Positions 40,516-51,768 are shown, counted from the stretch's first letter. The stretch is DNA of 64,000 bases from Candidatus Woesearchaeota archaeon (GCA_018646625.1 JABGUJ010000001.1:69534-133533); one strand, 5' to 3'. Numbers and translations are program-made. Notes: a model not told the origin generated them from the sequence alone.

Positions 40516-41595
40516 ATGATTTTCGAATACGAGATCTACAAAAGTCCTTGGTTCTATTTCATACTCACTCTATTCATAGGCTTTATTGGCTGGCATTATC
40601 AAATTTCACTACTAGCACACCCATTCTGGTTTATTGCAGGAGTGATTATATTAGTAAAAACAGGAGATATTCTTATCGACGGTGCAACTAAACTAGCCAG
40701 ACATTACAGAGTTTCGCCTATGATTGTAGGATTAACAGTCGTAGCGTTCGGAACATCTTTACCTGAATTAATTGTCAGCTTTCTGGCAGCATTGAACGGT
40801 AACACAGGCATATCATTAGGTAACGTGATTGGAAGCAACGTTGCAAACATTGGATTAATCATAGGAATATCAGCATTGATCCTGCCACTAACTGTTAGCT
40901 TAACAACAATAAAGAAAGAAGCACCAATTCTAATCGCGGCCTGCTTTGCAGCATATTTTCTAGCATTTAATGTAATATTCGATCAATCTGGTGCAACCAA
41001 CGTCATTGGTAGAGTTGACGGAGTCATACTAATTGCAGGATTTATCGCATTCATGATCTACATAATCAGAACTGCACAAAAGCAAAGAACACAAAAAGCC
41101 GAAGCACAGTTTGAGAAAGAATTCAAAGGAGAAAGAGAGAAAACTTGGAAATTCTATGTATCAATACTCCTAGGACTTATTGGCTTAAGCATAGGAGCAA
41201 AATTAATTGTATTCTCAGGCAGCGAAATGGCAAGATCGCTAGGAGTTAGTGAAGTAGTAATAGGGATAACAATGATCGCTGTAGGAACATCATTACCAGA
41301 TCTAACTGCAGGAGTCATTGCTGCAAGAAAAAAAGAAGCAGACATTGCAATTGGAACCGTTGTCGGAAGCAATATTTTCTTGTTATTATGCGTACTAGGA
41401 ATGTCAGCTCTCGCCAAACCAATAGAAATTGCCACAAACATTCTAAGAATAGATTTCTTAGTCGTAATAGGATTTAGCGTATTCTTATATGTAATGATGA
41501 GCAACGATCATAAAATAGATAAAAAAGAAGGAATCATGTTGCTAGTTGCCTACGCCGCATACATAATCTACGTATTATTAACAACATTCATTTAA
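40516..41595 (+). CDS. Calcium/sodium antiporter (CaCA, YrbG-like)
   Basis: Alpha repeats GTSLPE...GNVIGSN and GTSLPD...GTVVGSN. Confidence 0.9.
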   Translation: MIFEYEIYKSPWFYFILTLFIGFIGWHYQISLLAHPFWFIAGVIILVKTGDILIDGATKLARHYRVSPMIVGLTVVAFGTSLPELIVSFLAALNGNTGISLGNVIGSNVANIGLIIGISALILPLTVSLTTIKKEAPILIAACFAAYFLAFNVIFDQSGATNVIGRVDGVILIAGFIAFMIYIIRTAQKQRTQKAEAQFEKEFKGEREKTWKFYVSILLGLIGLSIGAKLIVFSGSEMARSLGVSEVVIGITMIAVGTSLPDLTAGVIAARKKEADIAIGTVVGSNIFLLLCVLGMSALAKPIEIATNILRIDFLVVIGFSVFLYVMMSNDHKIDKKEGIMLLVAYAAYIIYVLLTTFI

Positions 41596-42782
41596 GCAAA
41601 TTTACCAACTTTTTTGTTTCTATGTTTTCTTGCCTTAACAAAGATCGGAGTACCAACAACCAAAACAAGAACAATAGGTATGACAATCATCCAACCACCG
41701 TACAAACAAAATCTAAAAAATTTTGCAAACCAAGAGGCATTATGACCTAAAGCCATAGATGTGGATTCAATTGAGTTAATATCCTTAGATAAAACATACG
41801 CATAATCCTTTGTTTTACCAGAAGGCAAATTAGAAAAATCCCACATAACAACAGGATCGGCCTCTAGAATTTTTGGCCCCATAACAAAATAAACATCAGA
41901 ACTGTCTTCCGCCCAAGTTTTAGGTATAACCTCAACAACATTTAAGTTATTCATGCCGCCACGAGAGAACACACTAACCATTACCTTAGTTAGAATCATT
42001 TCTTTATTATTATCTGGATTTGTTATTCTGAATTTCTTATAAGATTTTTTAACAATTGGTTTATCAAACTTAGCATAATTTTTCTCAAGTTCTGGAATCA
42101 GACCACCTACCATATTAAATATGTCTGCAGCCTGGCTTGTACTTATCTCAAACTCTTCGGACTCTTTAACTCCAATTTCTTCAAGAACATAATTTTCGTT
42201 ATCAATATCATCATCCGTCAAACCAATAGACGCCAAGTCAATTCCTTTAAGATCACGAGGAATGATTTCCTTATTCAATCGCTTAATCTTTGGAGTCTGA
42301 AACTTATTTATTAGCTCATAAGTTAGTCCTTCAGACAACCAACTGGTTGCGATTCCAAAAAGTGAAGAAGAAAGACTATTACTCTTCACTTCAACAGCCA
42401 AATCATGAGTAAATTCTTTTTGTTCACCATCATTATCATACGTTACTGTAATCATAATATCATAATCCCCTGCAGGCATCGTATCATGAATATAGACATA
42501 CCTGTCATCAGAATGAGATGATTCATAAACAGTAGTTGAGTCAAACAAATGCAACTGATCCTTCATAAAAGCACAAATTGCCTCATTAGTACACTCTAAA
42601 TCAACATCAATCAACCTAACTCCCGCTTCAACAATATATGTGATTTTTATGTTCTTACCTGGATAAATATCCAAGTACTTACCAAGAGGTTTATCATCAA
42701 TCGTCATATCAAAATCTGCAGCATAAACCGCACTAACTAAAACCAACAACATCAGAACTAAACACACTAACCTCTTTTTCAT
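41592..42782 (-). CDS. Secreted, C-terminally membrane-anchored hypothetical protein
   Basis: Signal peptide, VVEVIPK...ILEADPVVMW segment, C-terminal TM plus basic tail. Confidence 0.65.
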   Translation of the reverse strand: MKKRLVCLVLMLLVLVSAVYAADFDMTIDDKPLGKYLDIYPGKNIKITYIVEAGVRLIDVDLECTNEAICAFMKDQLHLFDSTTVYESSHSDDRYVYIHDTMPAGDYDIMITVTYDNDGEQKEFTHDLAVEVKSNSLSSSLFGIATSWLSEGLTYELINKFQTPKIKRLNKEIIPRDLKGIDLASIGLTDDDIDNENYVLEEIGVKESEEFEISTSQAADIFNMVGGLIPELEKNYAKFDKPIVKKSYKKFRITNPDNNKEMILTKVMVSVFSRGGMNNLNVVEVIPKTWAEDSSDVYFVMGPKILEADPVVMWDFSNLPSGKTKDYAYVLSKDINSIESTSMALGHNASWFAKFFRFCLYGGWMIVIPIVLVLVVGTPIFVKARKHRNKKVGKFA

Positions 42783-42805
42783 GTAATCACCTCAAAATTA
42801 ATTAA

Positions 42806-44590
42806 CTATACGCCCCAAACAGGGTATCGTTCTCTCATCATGCTAGCAACTTCTTTGATAGCCGACTTTTCATCAGGAGTAAGATAATCTTTCAACTCTT
42901 TTAATTTTCTAAAATCTTCTTCAGGAACGGCCGCATACAAAATATCGCCTTCATCAACTTGCCTACCTAAAGTTACACCTTCAATCGCAAATGCAGCCTG
43001 CTTCCCCTTTTCCACTGAAGAAACATTTTCTTTCTCTAGTTGTATACTTCTTAGTTTACCAACTTCAACACCATTTTTCATAACAGGAGATCCAGTTCTA
43101 GCAGTTCCAGCCAAAACTTCGCATCCAATCACTGCCGGATTACTTTGTCTAAAAACATAGCCCTCCATCAATTGGAACTTAAATGGCCTAATCAAAACAT
43201 CTAGTTTTTTACCTTCTTGTCTCTTCTTCTCTTCCGTTTGCCATTCCTTCAATTTATCAAGAAGTTCATAAATAATCATGCTAAAAATTGTCTTTACTTT
43301 ACCCGGCTCTACACCAGCATCCATACAAACATTAAATCCCAATATAACTGCACTAAAAGGATCTTTTTCATACACACTTTCCGCTTCAGAAATATCTTTT
43401 TTAGAAATATGACCAACACTGGCTTTTCGTATTTTATAACCTGCTTCTCTTAACAAAACAGTCAGCGCCTCTAAACTACCCAACGTGTCGGCTTTTATAA
43501 TTATACCATCATCATCTGTTTCAACAATAACTTCATCAACTTCTTTTTGAATTTCTTTTTTCAATGCAACGACTTCATCTTTAGAACAAGAACGCACAGG
43601 CATACCAGCCACAACACCATCTAAACCTGGCGCTGCAATCTTAACACCCATTGCCGCAACAATAGACTTTACCGATTTAAATTTGGCTTTCTTATCCCTC
43701 ATCTCCGCTAAAGGATCTGGTTCAAACAAAGCTCTAACTTTAGTGACTATTGGTTCATTCATTCCGCCAATCACAATAGTATCATTAACATTCAAAGTTC
43801 CATCATAAATAATAACATCTAAACTCGTACCTATTCCTCGTTCATCTTTAACTTCAAGAATAGTACCTTTAGCACACCCATCAGCATTCAGAGCAAGATT
43901 CTTTTCCAAGAATTTCTGAGCCAACCCTGTTAGCATAGTAAGCAACTCAGGAATCCCTTCACCTGTCTTTGCACTACAAGGAACAATCGCAACCTGCGTT
44001 GTAAAGTCATCAACCCTATCAAATCTTTCAGCATTCAAAGCAAACTTTTCATGCATAGTACCTACTAACTCATACATTTTAGTTTCAAACGCTGTTTGAA
44101 CTTCAGGTGTTTGCTTAGCAAAGTTTGCCAGAACCGATCCTTCATTTGATCTCCAATTACCAATAGTATCAATTTTATTTGCTGCAATTATAAACGGAGT
44201 TTTGTAAGTTTTTAGAATTTCAACAGCTTCAATTGTTTGAGGCATAAAACCTTCTGTAAGATCCACAACCAAAACAGCGATATCAGCCAAACTGCCTCCC
44301 CGTTTTCTTAAGTTAGTAAACGCAGCATGACCTGGAGTATCAATAAATAGCAAACCAGGAATTGTAAAGTTAATTTTCATCGCATCAAGCAACCTACCAC
44401 ATTTTTTCTTCACAACATCCAATGGAATAATAGATGCGCCAATAGATTGAGTTATTCCTCCAGCTTCTGAAGCAATTATTTTAGAATCTCTTATAGAATC
44501 AAGAACACTGGACTTACCATGATCTACGTGACCCACAACAGTACAAACAGGGCTTCTTACTGCTTGATTTACACCATCCTGCTTCGTCAT
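42806..44590 (-). CDS. infB: Translation initiation factor aIF5B (IF-2)
   Basis: GHVDHGKS, GGITQSIGA, DTPGH, NKID; archaeal length. Confidence 0.95.
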   Translation of the reverse strand: MTKQDGVNQAVRSPVCTVVGHVDHGKSSVLDSIRDSKIIASEAGGITQSIGASIIPLDVVKKKCGRLLDAMKINFTIPGLLFIDTPGHAAFTNLRKRGGSLADIAVLVVDLTEGFMPQTIEAVEILKTYKTPFIIAANKIDTIGNWRSNEGSVLANFAKQTPEVQTAFETKMYELVGTMHEKFALNAERFDRVDDFTTQVAIVPCSAKTGEGIPELLTMLTGLAQKFLEKNLALNADGCAKGTILEVKDERGIGTSLDVIIYDGTLNVNDTIVIGGMNEPIVTKVRALFEPDPLAEMRDKKAKFKSVKSIVAAMGVKIAAPGLDGVVAGMPVRSCSKDEVVALKKEIQKEVDEVIVETDDDGIIIKADTLGSLEALTVLLREAGYKIRKASVGHISKKDISEAESVYEKDPFSAVILGFNVCMDAGVEPGKVKTIFSMIIYELLDKLKEWQTEEKKRQEGKKLDVLIRPFKFQLMEGYVFRQSNPAVIGCEVLAGTARTGSPVMKNGVEVGKLRSIQLEKENVSSVEKGKQAAFAIEGVTLGRQVDEGDILYAAVPEEDFRKLKELKDYLTPDEKSAIKEVASMMRERYPVWGV

Positions 44591-44697
44591 GTTGAATCAC
44601 TCACCATCTGAACTTTGTATCATTTAAATATGTTGGCATTGGCCTTCCCGGGTTATACCCCATAAATAAAGGCACCAGAGAGGTTGAAACAAGAATT

Positions 44698-44732
44698 ACT
44701 GCGCAGTAGTTATAAAAAGAAAGCTTTATATA
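44698..44732 (+). promoter_or_regulatory. ACTGCGCAGT palindrome plus BRE/TATA
   Basis: Same palindrome at the same spacing recurs at 55502-55536. Confidence 0.5.
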
Positions 44733-44786
44733 TGATATCTGGATAAAACACAATATCTCTCGAGGTGATTGATACGGGGGATACAA

Positions 44787-47369
44787 ATGAAAAAAGGTAG
44801 TAGTTCGATCACATTCTTTGCTTTAATAGTAGCCATATTACTAGTAGCATTAGCAGCCAACACTTTTGCAATCGAATGCGGAAGCGTTATTGTTGGAAAT
44901 ATAACTCTTAACGAAAGTTTAAACGGATGCTACAATCATGGATTAGTTGTTGAAGCAGATAACATAGTAATCGATTGTGACAACTACACAATACAAAGCG
45001 TTGATAATCAACCATTTGGTTTTGATCAAACCGCAGGTATCTTAATAAAAAATAGAGATAACATAGAAATAAGAAATTGTAATATTAATGATTTCCAAGA
45101 TGCAATCTTAATTGAGAACTCTAATAACAACCATATTCACAACAACCACTTCAACCTTAATGAAAGAAGTGGAATATTTCTAAACAGAGCTAAAGATAAT
45201 GAAAAACTCTCATACAGCCTGATCACAGAGAATTACTTTAACAACCAAGAAAAGTTCTCATCAGACATTATTATATACGACAATGAAAACCATAACACAT
45301 TCACTAATGCTAATGTAGTTAACAACACAATATTTTTTAACAATTTCTACGGAAATGGAATTATAGATATAACAGAACAGAATATATACTGCGTACCTAA
45401 TAATCAAGAAGGGAAAGGCAATTTCTTTAACTACACAGTTCCAATGGCCAGAAGAATAACAGGCCCTTGCGGTGCATTACCATTACCATTTGATTCTCCA
45501 CTACTTAATGGCACAGTAGATGATAATAACGATGATGATAATCAAACAGATGGCGACAATGAAACAGATGACGATTTCTCTAACGAAGATGATCTTCCTG
45601 AGACATCATTAAGCTGCGGAGCATTAGTAAGTGGAAGCATTGCTTTAGCAAACGACTTAGAAAACTGCTTTTCAACGGCAATAGAAATAACTGAAAACAA
45701 TGTTACATTAGACTGCCAAGGACATACAATATCAGGCACAAATACACTAGGCAGCATTGGAATACTAGTTAGTCAACAAGAAAACATCGTAATCAAGAAC
45801 TGCATAATCCAATATTTTGATGAAGGAATAAAAATAGTAGACAGTCTTAACGTATTAATTGAAAGCAACACAATAAGAGAAAACAGCTTAGGAGTTACCG
45901 ATTTAGGCTCTGAGGATATTCAAATTAAAGAAAACACATTCAAAGAAAATGAATACGCAGTAGAACTAGAAGAAAACCAGAACAGCGTTATCGCAGTTAA
46001 CAAGTTTAAAGAAAATACTTTGGTTGGAGTACATCTTACAAAATCAGAGAACATAGTAGTCGGAACAAACGAGTTCACAGAAAACAAAGAAGCAATTCTA
46101 CTCTCTGAAGAAACAGATTTAGTATCAATAAATTCCAATACTCTTCTAAACAACATCGAGTCAGGAATATTCTTAACAGGCATCTCAGAACACAACGAGA
46201 TCAAAAATAACAATATTCAAGGTAGTAACAAATGTATCGTACTTGACACTAGCAGTGAGAACTTAGTATCAGAGAATATCATAGAAGATTGTAACATAGG
46301 AATTTCTGTTGTAGGTTGTTATGATAACAACATAACTCTAAACTCAATCTCAGAAAGTGTAATGTCCGGATTAACATACTTAGAATCCCAAAATAACTGG
46401 GTAACTAAAAATAACTTTACTAACAGCCTAGTTGGCAGCTTAGATCTAACCAACCTTGGCTTCGCGTACAACAACGTTGTTGTAACAAATCACTTCTTAG
46501 GAAATGGTGTAGATGACAGCGCAATCGATAACATATACTGCTGGCCTAATAACGAAAACGGCGTTGGAAACTATTATGCATCAACTGTTGCAGATGAGTT
46601 CATTGTTACAGGACCGTGCGGCATGTGGGATAATAATCAAACAGATTCAGAAGATAATGAAACTGATGATGACGACACCGACGATGATAATGAAGATGAC
46701 GATACAGATGACAATGATGATGATAATAACCAAACAACATCAAGCAAACCGAATATTCACGATGTTGTAATAACCAAAATTGATGACACTAGCTTCAGAA
46801 TAACATTCAAGACCGATAAAGACACAGTTAGCATGATAAGCTACCGTCCAGACAACATGGAACGAGTACACATGTTCGATTATGAAGCAAAGAAAGATCA
46901 CGAATACATATTATACAATCTAAAACCATGTTCAGAGTATGCATTTTACTTAAGAGTAGAAGACAATATTGGAAATTACGCATACAGTCCAAATTACTAT
47001 TTCAAAACAGAAGGATACTGTCATCAAAGAAGTGATGGAGACAGTTTAACTAATAGCGAAGATGTACAAGTACTTTCAATTGCAATAGAAAATGAATATG
47101 TACAACCAGGAGATTTTGTACAAGCAGTTCTAAAAGTTAAAAACGTTGGCGAATTTGACAGAAGAAGAGTCAAAATCTCAGCGGTAATTCCAGACATGGG
47201 TATTGTTAAGTTCATAACAAATGAACATTTAGATGACAATGACAAGGAAACCTTCAAACTAAACATAGAAATTCCTTTTGACACTTTGCCTGGTGATTAC
47301 TGGATTAGATTCACAATAAGCAACGACGAGATAAAAAGAGTAAAGCACAGATTGATCACAGTTGTTTAA
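44787..47369 (+). CDS. Secreted right-handed beta-helix (NosD/CASH-like) surface protein with FN3-like and CARDB-like C-terminal domains
   Basis: Signal peptide, two duplicated beta-helix modules, Asp-rich linkers, LYNLKPCSEY, VKNVG. Confidence 0.8.
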   Translation: MKKGSSSITFFALIVAILLVALAANTFAIECGSVIVGNITLNESLNGCYNHGLVVEADNIVIDCDNYTIQSVDNQPFGFDQTAGILIKNRDNIEIRNCNINDFQDAILIENSNNNHIHNNHFNLNERSGIFLNRAKDNEKLSYSLITENYFNNQEKFSSDIIIYDNENHNTFTNANVVNNTIFFNNFYGNGIIDITEQNIYCVPNNQEGKGNFFNYTVPMARRITGPCGALPLPFDSPLLNGTVDDNNDDDNQTDGDNETDDDFSNEDDLPETSLSCGALVSGSIALANDLENCFSTAIEITENNVTLDCQGHTISGTNTLGSIGILVSQQENIVIKNCIIQYFDEGIKIVDSLNVLIESNTIRENSLGVTDLGSEDIQIKENTFKENEYAVELEENQNSVIAVNKFKENTLVGVHLTKSENIVVGTNEFTENKEAILLSEETDLVSINSNTLLNNIESGIFLTGISEHNEIKNNNIQGSNKCIVLDTSSENLVSENIIEDCNIGISVVGCYDNNITLNSISESVMSGLTYLESQNNWVTKNNFTNSLVGSLDLTNLGFAYNNVVVTNHFLGNGVDDSAIDNIYCWPNNENGVGNYYASTVADEFIVTGPCGMWDNNQTDSEDNETDDDDTDDDNEDDDTDDNDDDNNQTTSSKPNIHDVVITKIDDTSFRITFKTDKDTVSMISYRPDNMERVHMFDYEAKKDHEYILYNLKPCSEYAFYLRVEDNIGNYAYSPNYYFKTEGYCHQRSDGDSLTNSEDVQVLSIAIENEYVQPGDFVQAVLKVKNVGEFDRRRVKISAVIPDMGIVKFITNEHLDDNDKETFKLNIEIPFDTLPGDYWIRFTISNDEIKRVKHRLITVV

Positions 47370-47479
47370 TTTCTAGCACCTTAAGGCCTAGAACGCCAGA
47401 ATCCTAAAGAAGAAACATTTATATAGTACTTCACTATTTTCCAATAGTATCAAATAGGCGCATTTAGGGGGTATTGATT

Positions 47480-47917
47480 ATGAATAAAAAGAGAACCGTG
47501 ATTGGTGTTATTCTTGTATTGGTTGCACTTCTAATGACTGTTCAAGCAGCGCTTGCAACAGGAAATTACTACAACATACCTACTGACTTTAATCTTAAAG
47601 AAAGAGGTAGCGATTTAGGTAACCTAAATCTTATGGGTTCCTTAGAAGATCCTTACTATGACACTTTCATGCACATTAACTTGAAGAACAAACACAACTT
47701 TCCATTGGATCACGTTAATCTTGTTGTATGGATTCCTGACTTAAATTTATACACAAGAACTGCATCATTTACAGTGTACGAAAATGATATGGACTTCGGA
47801 AAGTACATATGGTTAGACACACCTATGAAGGTAAGACCTGACACTTACCTAGCAAGAGTTCTTCTTGAATCTGAGTTTGGAAGAATTGTTTCTTGGCAAT
47901 ACGTGGATATCTATTGA
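47480..47917 (+). CDS. Small secreted Ig-like protein
   Basis: Signal peptide; LVVWIPDL...PDTYLAR resembles the C-terminus of the upstream protein (ISAVIPDM...PGDYWIR). Confidence 0.6.
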   Translation: MNKKRTVIGVILVLVALLMTVQAALATGNYYNIPTDFNLKERGSDLGNLNLMGSLEDPYYDTFMHINLKNKHNFPLDHVNLVVWIPDLNLYTRTASFTVYENDMDFGKYIWLDTPMKVRPDTYLARVLLESEFGRIVSWQYVDIY

Positions 47918-47941
47918 TTTCCACTATTATTTTTTATTAAA

Positions 47942-48553
47942 ATGACTGTCGAACCTAAAGGAACTTTACCTTTAGATGTATTTCCAGAAGAAACAGGATT
48001 ACTTAGACTTCTACTAGGTGTAACACACCTCAAACACATATACCGAACTGGTTGGACAGATGAAGAATTAGGAAGAAACGTACCAAGACATCTTTGTGAA
48101 AGCGTCGCAGATCACTGTAACAACGTCACCGCATTTTCTTATATCATAGCTAAAAGCAGAAGACCAGATCTAGACATAACAAAAGTTATGGAGTATGCAA
48201 TTGTCCATGATTTGGCAGAATCTTTGTATGGAGACCACACACCCCACGAAGGTAAAAGTTATGCAACTAAGTTCGATGAAGAACTTGCATGCTTAGATGA
48301 ACTTCTAAAACAAACACCAGAAATGATGTTCATAAGAGACCGCTGGATAGAATATAGTACAGATCCTCCAACTAATCCCGAAGCATTATTCGTAAGGTCC
48401 ATTGACAAATTAGAGACAGCATTCCAAGCAGTCATTTATGAAACGGGAGGATACAAAGGATTAGACAAATTCTTTTCTTACTGCGAAGATAAAATAGATG
48501 ATCCACAAGTCAAAGAATTATTCTATGAAGTAATGGGTATGAGAAAAACTTAA
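47942..48553 (+). CDS. HD-domain hydrolase (HDDC2/YfbR-like)
   Basis: LKHIYRTGW, ESVADH, VHDLAE, IDKLE. Confidence 0.85.
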   Translation: MTVEPKGTLPLDVFPEETGLLRLLLGVTHLKHIYRTGWTDEELGRNVPRHLCESVADHCNNVTAFSYIIAKSRRPDLDITKVMEYAIVHDLAESLYGDHTPHEGKSYATKFDEELACLDELLKQTPEMMFIRDRWIEYSTDPPTNPEALFVRSIDKLETAFQAVIYETGGYKGLDKFFSYCEDKIDDPQVKELFYEVMGMRKT

Positions 48554-48555
48554 TT

Positions 48556-48825
48556 TTACAACAAATTTCTAACTCGATCCATACAGTCAGCTACTTGTTC
48601 TCCTTTCTTAGTCAAAGAAAGCAACTTCAATCTGCCTGTTTTGTTAAACTTGATTAATTCCGCTCTCTCGAGCTCTTGAAGAATTTTTACAACATGAGAA
48701 TAAGTGCAGTCGATCTGTTTAGCCAAAGACGAAGCATAGACCTCATTCTTTGCAGTATAGAGCTTAATCAGCATCATTGCTGGTTTTTCTCTAAAAAAAA
48801 TGTTGAATACTTTGCCATTAACCAA
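48556..48825 (-). CDS. Winged-helix DNA-binding protein
   Basis: ASSLAKQIDCTYSHVVKIL...GR...LTKKG. Confidence 0.8.
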   Translation of the reverse strand: MVNGKVFNIFFREKPAMMLIKLYTAKNEVYASSLAKQIDCTYSHVVKILQELERAELIKFNKTGRLKLLSLTKKGEQVADCMDRVRNLL

Positions 48826-48945
48826 ATTTACGCCCCCGCTATTAAGAACTATATACTATAACACAACCATTAGTTTATAAAGTTTTCGAAACAACTATTG
48901 AGAAGACAGCAAACTATATTAGAGTAAGCAAAAAACAGTGAATAA

Positions 48946-50841
48946 ATGGACAAACTTAACCCAAAAGAGGTATTCTTTCCACACGACGAGATGCGCGAGA
49001 TACAAGATGAGCTAGTTAGTGATGTAAAAGACGCCATAAATCGCGGAAAATCTCTACTGGTCCACGCACCAACCGGTTTAGGGAAGACAGCAGCCACATT
49101 AGCACCAGCAATCAAGGCAGCAGTTGACAAAAAACTCACTGTTTTTTTCCTAACATCCCGACACACTCAACATCTTATAGCAATTGATACAATAAAACAA
49201 ATAAAAGAGAAATATGGACTTAAAATCTCCGCTGTTGACATCATAGGAAAGAAATGGATGTGTTTACAACCAGGTACTAATGTATTATATGCAGGAGAGT
49301 TTTCAGAATACTGTAAAAAGTTAAGAGAAAACAATGAATGCGAATTCTATGAGAAAACTAAAGACTCATCAAACAAACTAACCGTAGAAGCAAAGAAAGT
49401 TTTTGCAGAGTTAAAAGACCTTAGCCCACTACACACCAATCATTTTATTGATTACTGTAATCATTCTTCGCTCTGCCCATATGAGATGGCAATCGCTCAA
49501 GCATCTAAAGCGGATGTAATCATCACAGACTACTTTTACTTATTTCATCCAAACATCGCAGGAACGTTCCTGGCTAAAACTCAAAAAGAATTACAAAATT
49601 CCGTGATTATAGTTGACGAAGGACACAACCTACCATATAGAGTTAGAGATTTAATGACGGTTAACATTTCTACATTCACAACCAACAGAGCACAAAACGA
49701 AGCAAAAAAATATGGCAATGAAGAAACATCTGCAAAAATACACATAATCAGAACAGCAATTGACAAAATGGTGGAAGGCCTTGGCTATAACGAGGAGAAA
49801 ATTGCAAAGAAAGAAGAATTTGTAAAGATGATAAAAGCGTCTTACAACTACGAAGAACTCATAGATGACTTTGAAGCAATGGGCGAATTAATCAGACAAG
49901 AACAAAAACAATCTAGTATTGGAATGCTTGGCACCTTTCTACGAGAGTGGCTAGGTCCAGATGATGGATTCACTAGAATAGCCACAATAAAAAGCTCAGC
50001 AAAAGGTCCAATCTCACACATATCATACCGTTGTTTAGATCCAGCATTAGTAACTCAACCAGTCATTGAACAATCACATTCTACAATACTCATGTCAGGT
50101 ACATTAAATCCAACCGTTATGTACAAAGATCTACTCGGATTCAGCGACAGTACTGAAGAAAAAGAATTTCCCTCGCCATTTCCAGAAAAGAACAAACTAA
50201 CAATGGTGATACCAGAAACCACCACAAAATATGCTTTAAGAAGTGAAGAACAATTTAGAAGAATCGGAGAAATCACAGCAGAAATAACAAACCTCATTCC
50301 AGGAAATAGTGCCATCTACTTTCCAAGTTATCATTTAAGAGATCAAGTTTACAAATCATTCTCCACATTATCTACTAAAACGGCATTATTAGAACAACCT
50401 CAACTAACAAAAGATGAGAAAATAGAAATGCTTGAGAAGTTTAAAGAATTCAAAGCATCCGGTGCAGTATTATTATGCGCATCATCCGGAAACTTTGCAG
50501 AAGGCGTCGATTTACCAGGAGATTTTCTAAAATGTGTTGTGGTTGTCGGTCTTCCATTAACACAACCAAATTTAGAAACAAAAGAGTTAATCAAATACTA
50601 TGACCACAAGTACAAAAAAGGCTGGGACTATGGATATATTATTCCCGCATTCTCAAAGACACTACAAAGCGCAGGAAGATGTATCAGATCAGAAAAAGAC
50701 AAAGGAGTTATTGTATTCTTAGATGAAAGATACGCTTGGTCAAATTATTTTAAATGCTTTCCAAAAGAATGGGACATCAAAGTTACTAAACTTTACAAAG
50801 ACAGAATAAAAGAATTCTTTGAAGCCAACGGAAACAGCTAA
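48946..50841 (+). CDS. xpd: XPD/Rad3/DinG-family Fe-S DNA helicase
   Basis: APTGLGKT, Fe-S cysteines (MC, YC, EC, CPY), DEGHN, SGTL, QSAGRCIR. Confidence 0.9.
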   Translation: MDKLNPKEVFFPHDEMREIQDELVSDVKDAINRGKSLLVHAPTGLGKTAATLAPAIKAAVDKKLTVFFLTSRHTQHLIAIDTIKQIKEKYGLKISAVDIIGKKWMCLQPGTNVLYAGEFSEYCKKLRENNECEFYEKTKDSSNKLTVEAKKVFAELKDLSPLHTNHFIDYCNHSSLCPYEMAIAQASKADVIITDYFYLFHPNIAGTFLAKTQKELQNSVIIVDEGHNLPYRVRDLMTVNISTFTTNRAQNEAKKYGNEETSAKIHIIRTAIDKMVEGLGYNEEKIAKKEEFVKMIKASYNYEELIDDFEAMGELIRQEQKQSSIGMLGTFLREWLGPDDGFTRIATIKSSAKGPISHISYRCLDPALVTQPVIEQSHSTILMSGTLNPTVMYKDLLGFSDSTEEKEFPSPFPEKNKLTMVIPETTTKYALRSEEQFRRIGEITAEITNLIPGNSAIYFPSYHLRDQVYKSFSTLSTKTALLEQPQLTKDEKIEMLEKFKEFKASGAVLLCASSGNFAEGVDLPGDFLKCVVVVGLPLTQPNLETKELIKYYDHKYKKGWDYGYIIPAFSKTLQSAGRCIRSEKDKGVIVFLDERYAWSNYFKCFPKEWDIKVTKLYKDRIKEFFEANGNS

Positions 50842-50892
50842 TTTACGTATATAGTTGATTTTATATATTACTTCTAAAAAATCGAATACAAG

Positions 50893-51216
50893 ATGAGTTA
50901 CGAACCAGGGGAAAATGGAGAAGATAACACTAGCCAAAGCGCTTATCAAAGATATGGAATTGCAGCAATACCTGGAGGTATGGGCTATCAACATTACCAA
51001 AACCAAAGAGCTAGAGGAAAAAGCGCAAGAAGAGCAGCAGCCGAAGCAACTGGCTTAGAAATTCTAAGAATTTTATCGCTAGCAATACCAACACCAGGAC
51101 CATGGCTCATTATAACTGGAGCAGTGGTGGCATTAGATAACGAACCTACAGAGCCTCTAGAGGAAATAACAGAAAGAGCAGAAAGAACATCGCCACCTCA
51201 AACGTTTAGAACTTAA
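50893..51216 (+). CDS. Hypothetical protein, possibly membrane-associated
   Basis: 107-aa ORF preceded by TTTATATA. Confidence 0.5.
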   Translation: MSYEPGENGEDNTSQSAYQRYGIAAIPGGMGYQHYQNQRARGKSARRAAAEATGLEILRILSLAIPTPGPWLIITGAVVALDNEPTEPLEEITERAERTSPPQTFRT

Positions 51217-51347
51217 ACCTAATTCTACAAGTACAACCCTCAAAAATAAAGAATACAATGCCCGACCAATATACATATTTCTATACTAGCATATTTATTA
51301 GAAACGTTTATATACTAGTTATGCCTTGTAGCTATTAGTGACTAAAA

Positions 51348-51749
51348 ATGGTAATATTATTCGATCAATTTCATCTACCAGAAGATGTGTATGAAGTCAT
51401 CTTCGCAACAGAGCAACAAGTAATAGTTGCCAAAATGTTGATCAAAGAGATGAAGGGTAACGATGGAGTTCTAGGAAAGGCAGGAATGTCACTTTTCGCA
51501 ACGAAGCTACACGAAGGATCTATTGTAGAATACGAGGAAGAAGTTGGACCGGTAAAAAGAAAGAAATCAATCAAAGTAAGTTACAACAAAAGACAATTTT
51601 ATGACAGAATATTAACCCCAATGAAAACTATGGGGATGATCGACTACGACATGTACAAAAAAGTATACATGATTTCAGACAAGTTCAGCAAATCATTAAA
51701 CAAAATTGGTTTAATGTGGATACAAGAGATAAAAAAAGCAGAATATTAA
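51348..51749 (+). CDS. Hypothetical protein, possibly wHTH-like
   Basis: 133-aa ORF with BRE/TATA; QFYDRILTPMKTMGMI helix followed by a beta-hairpin. Confidence 0.6.
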   Translation: MVILFDQFHLPEDVYEVIFATEQQVIVAKMLIKEMKGNDGVLGKAGMSLFATKLHEGSIVEYEEEVGPVKRKKSIKVSYNKRQFYDRILTPMKTMGMIDYDMYKKVYMISDKFSKSLNKIGLMWIQEIKKAEY

Positions 51750-51768
51750 TTGCGATCACAAACAAAGA

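Noticed and set aside
44670..44695. GAGGTTGAAAC resembling a CRISPR repeat 3' end
   Set aside because: Single occurrence, no repeat-spacer periodicity, no cas genes
44601..44786. 61-aa minus-strand ORF upstream of infB
   Set aside because: Overlaps divergent promoter elements and has no recognisable coding features
46630..46735. GAT/GAC-rich low-complexity tract (also 45520-45590)
   Set aside because: In-frame Asp-rich protein linker, not an independent repeat element
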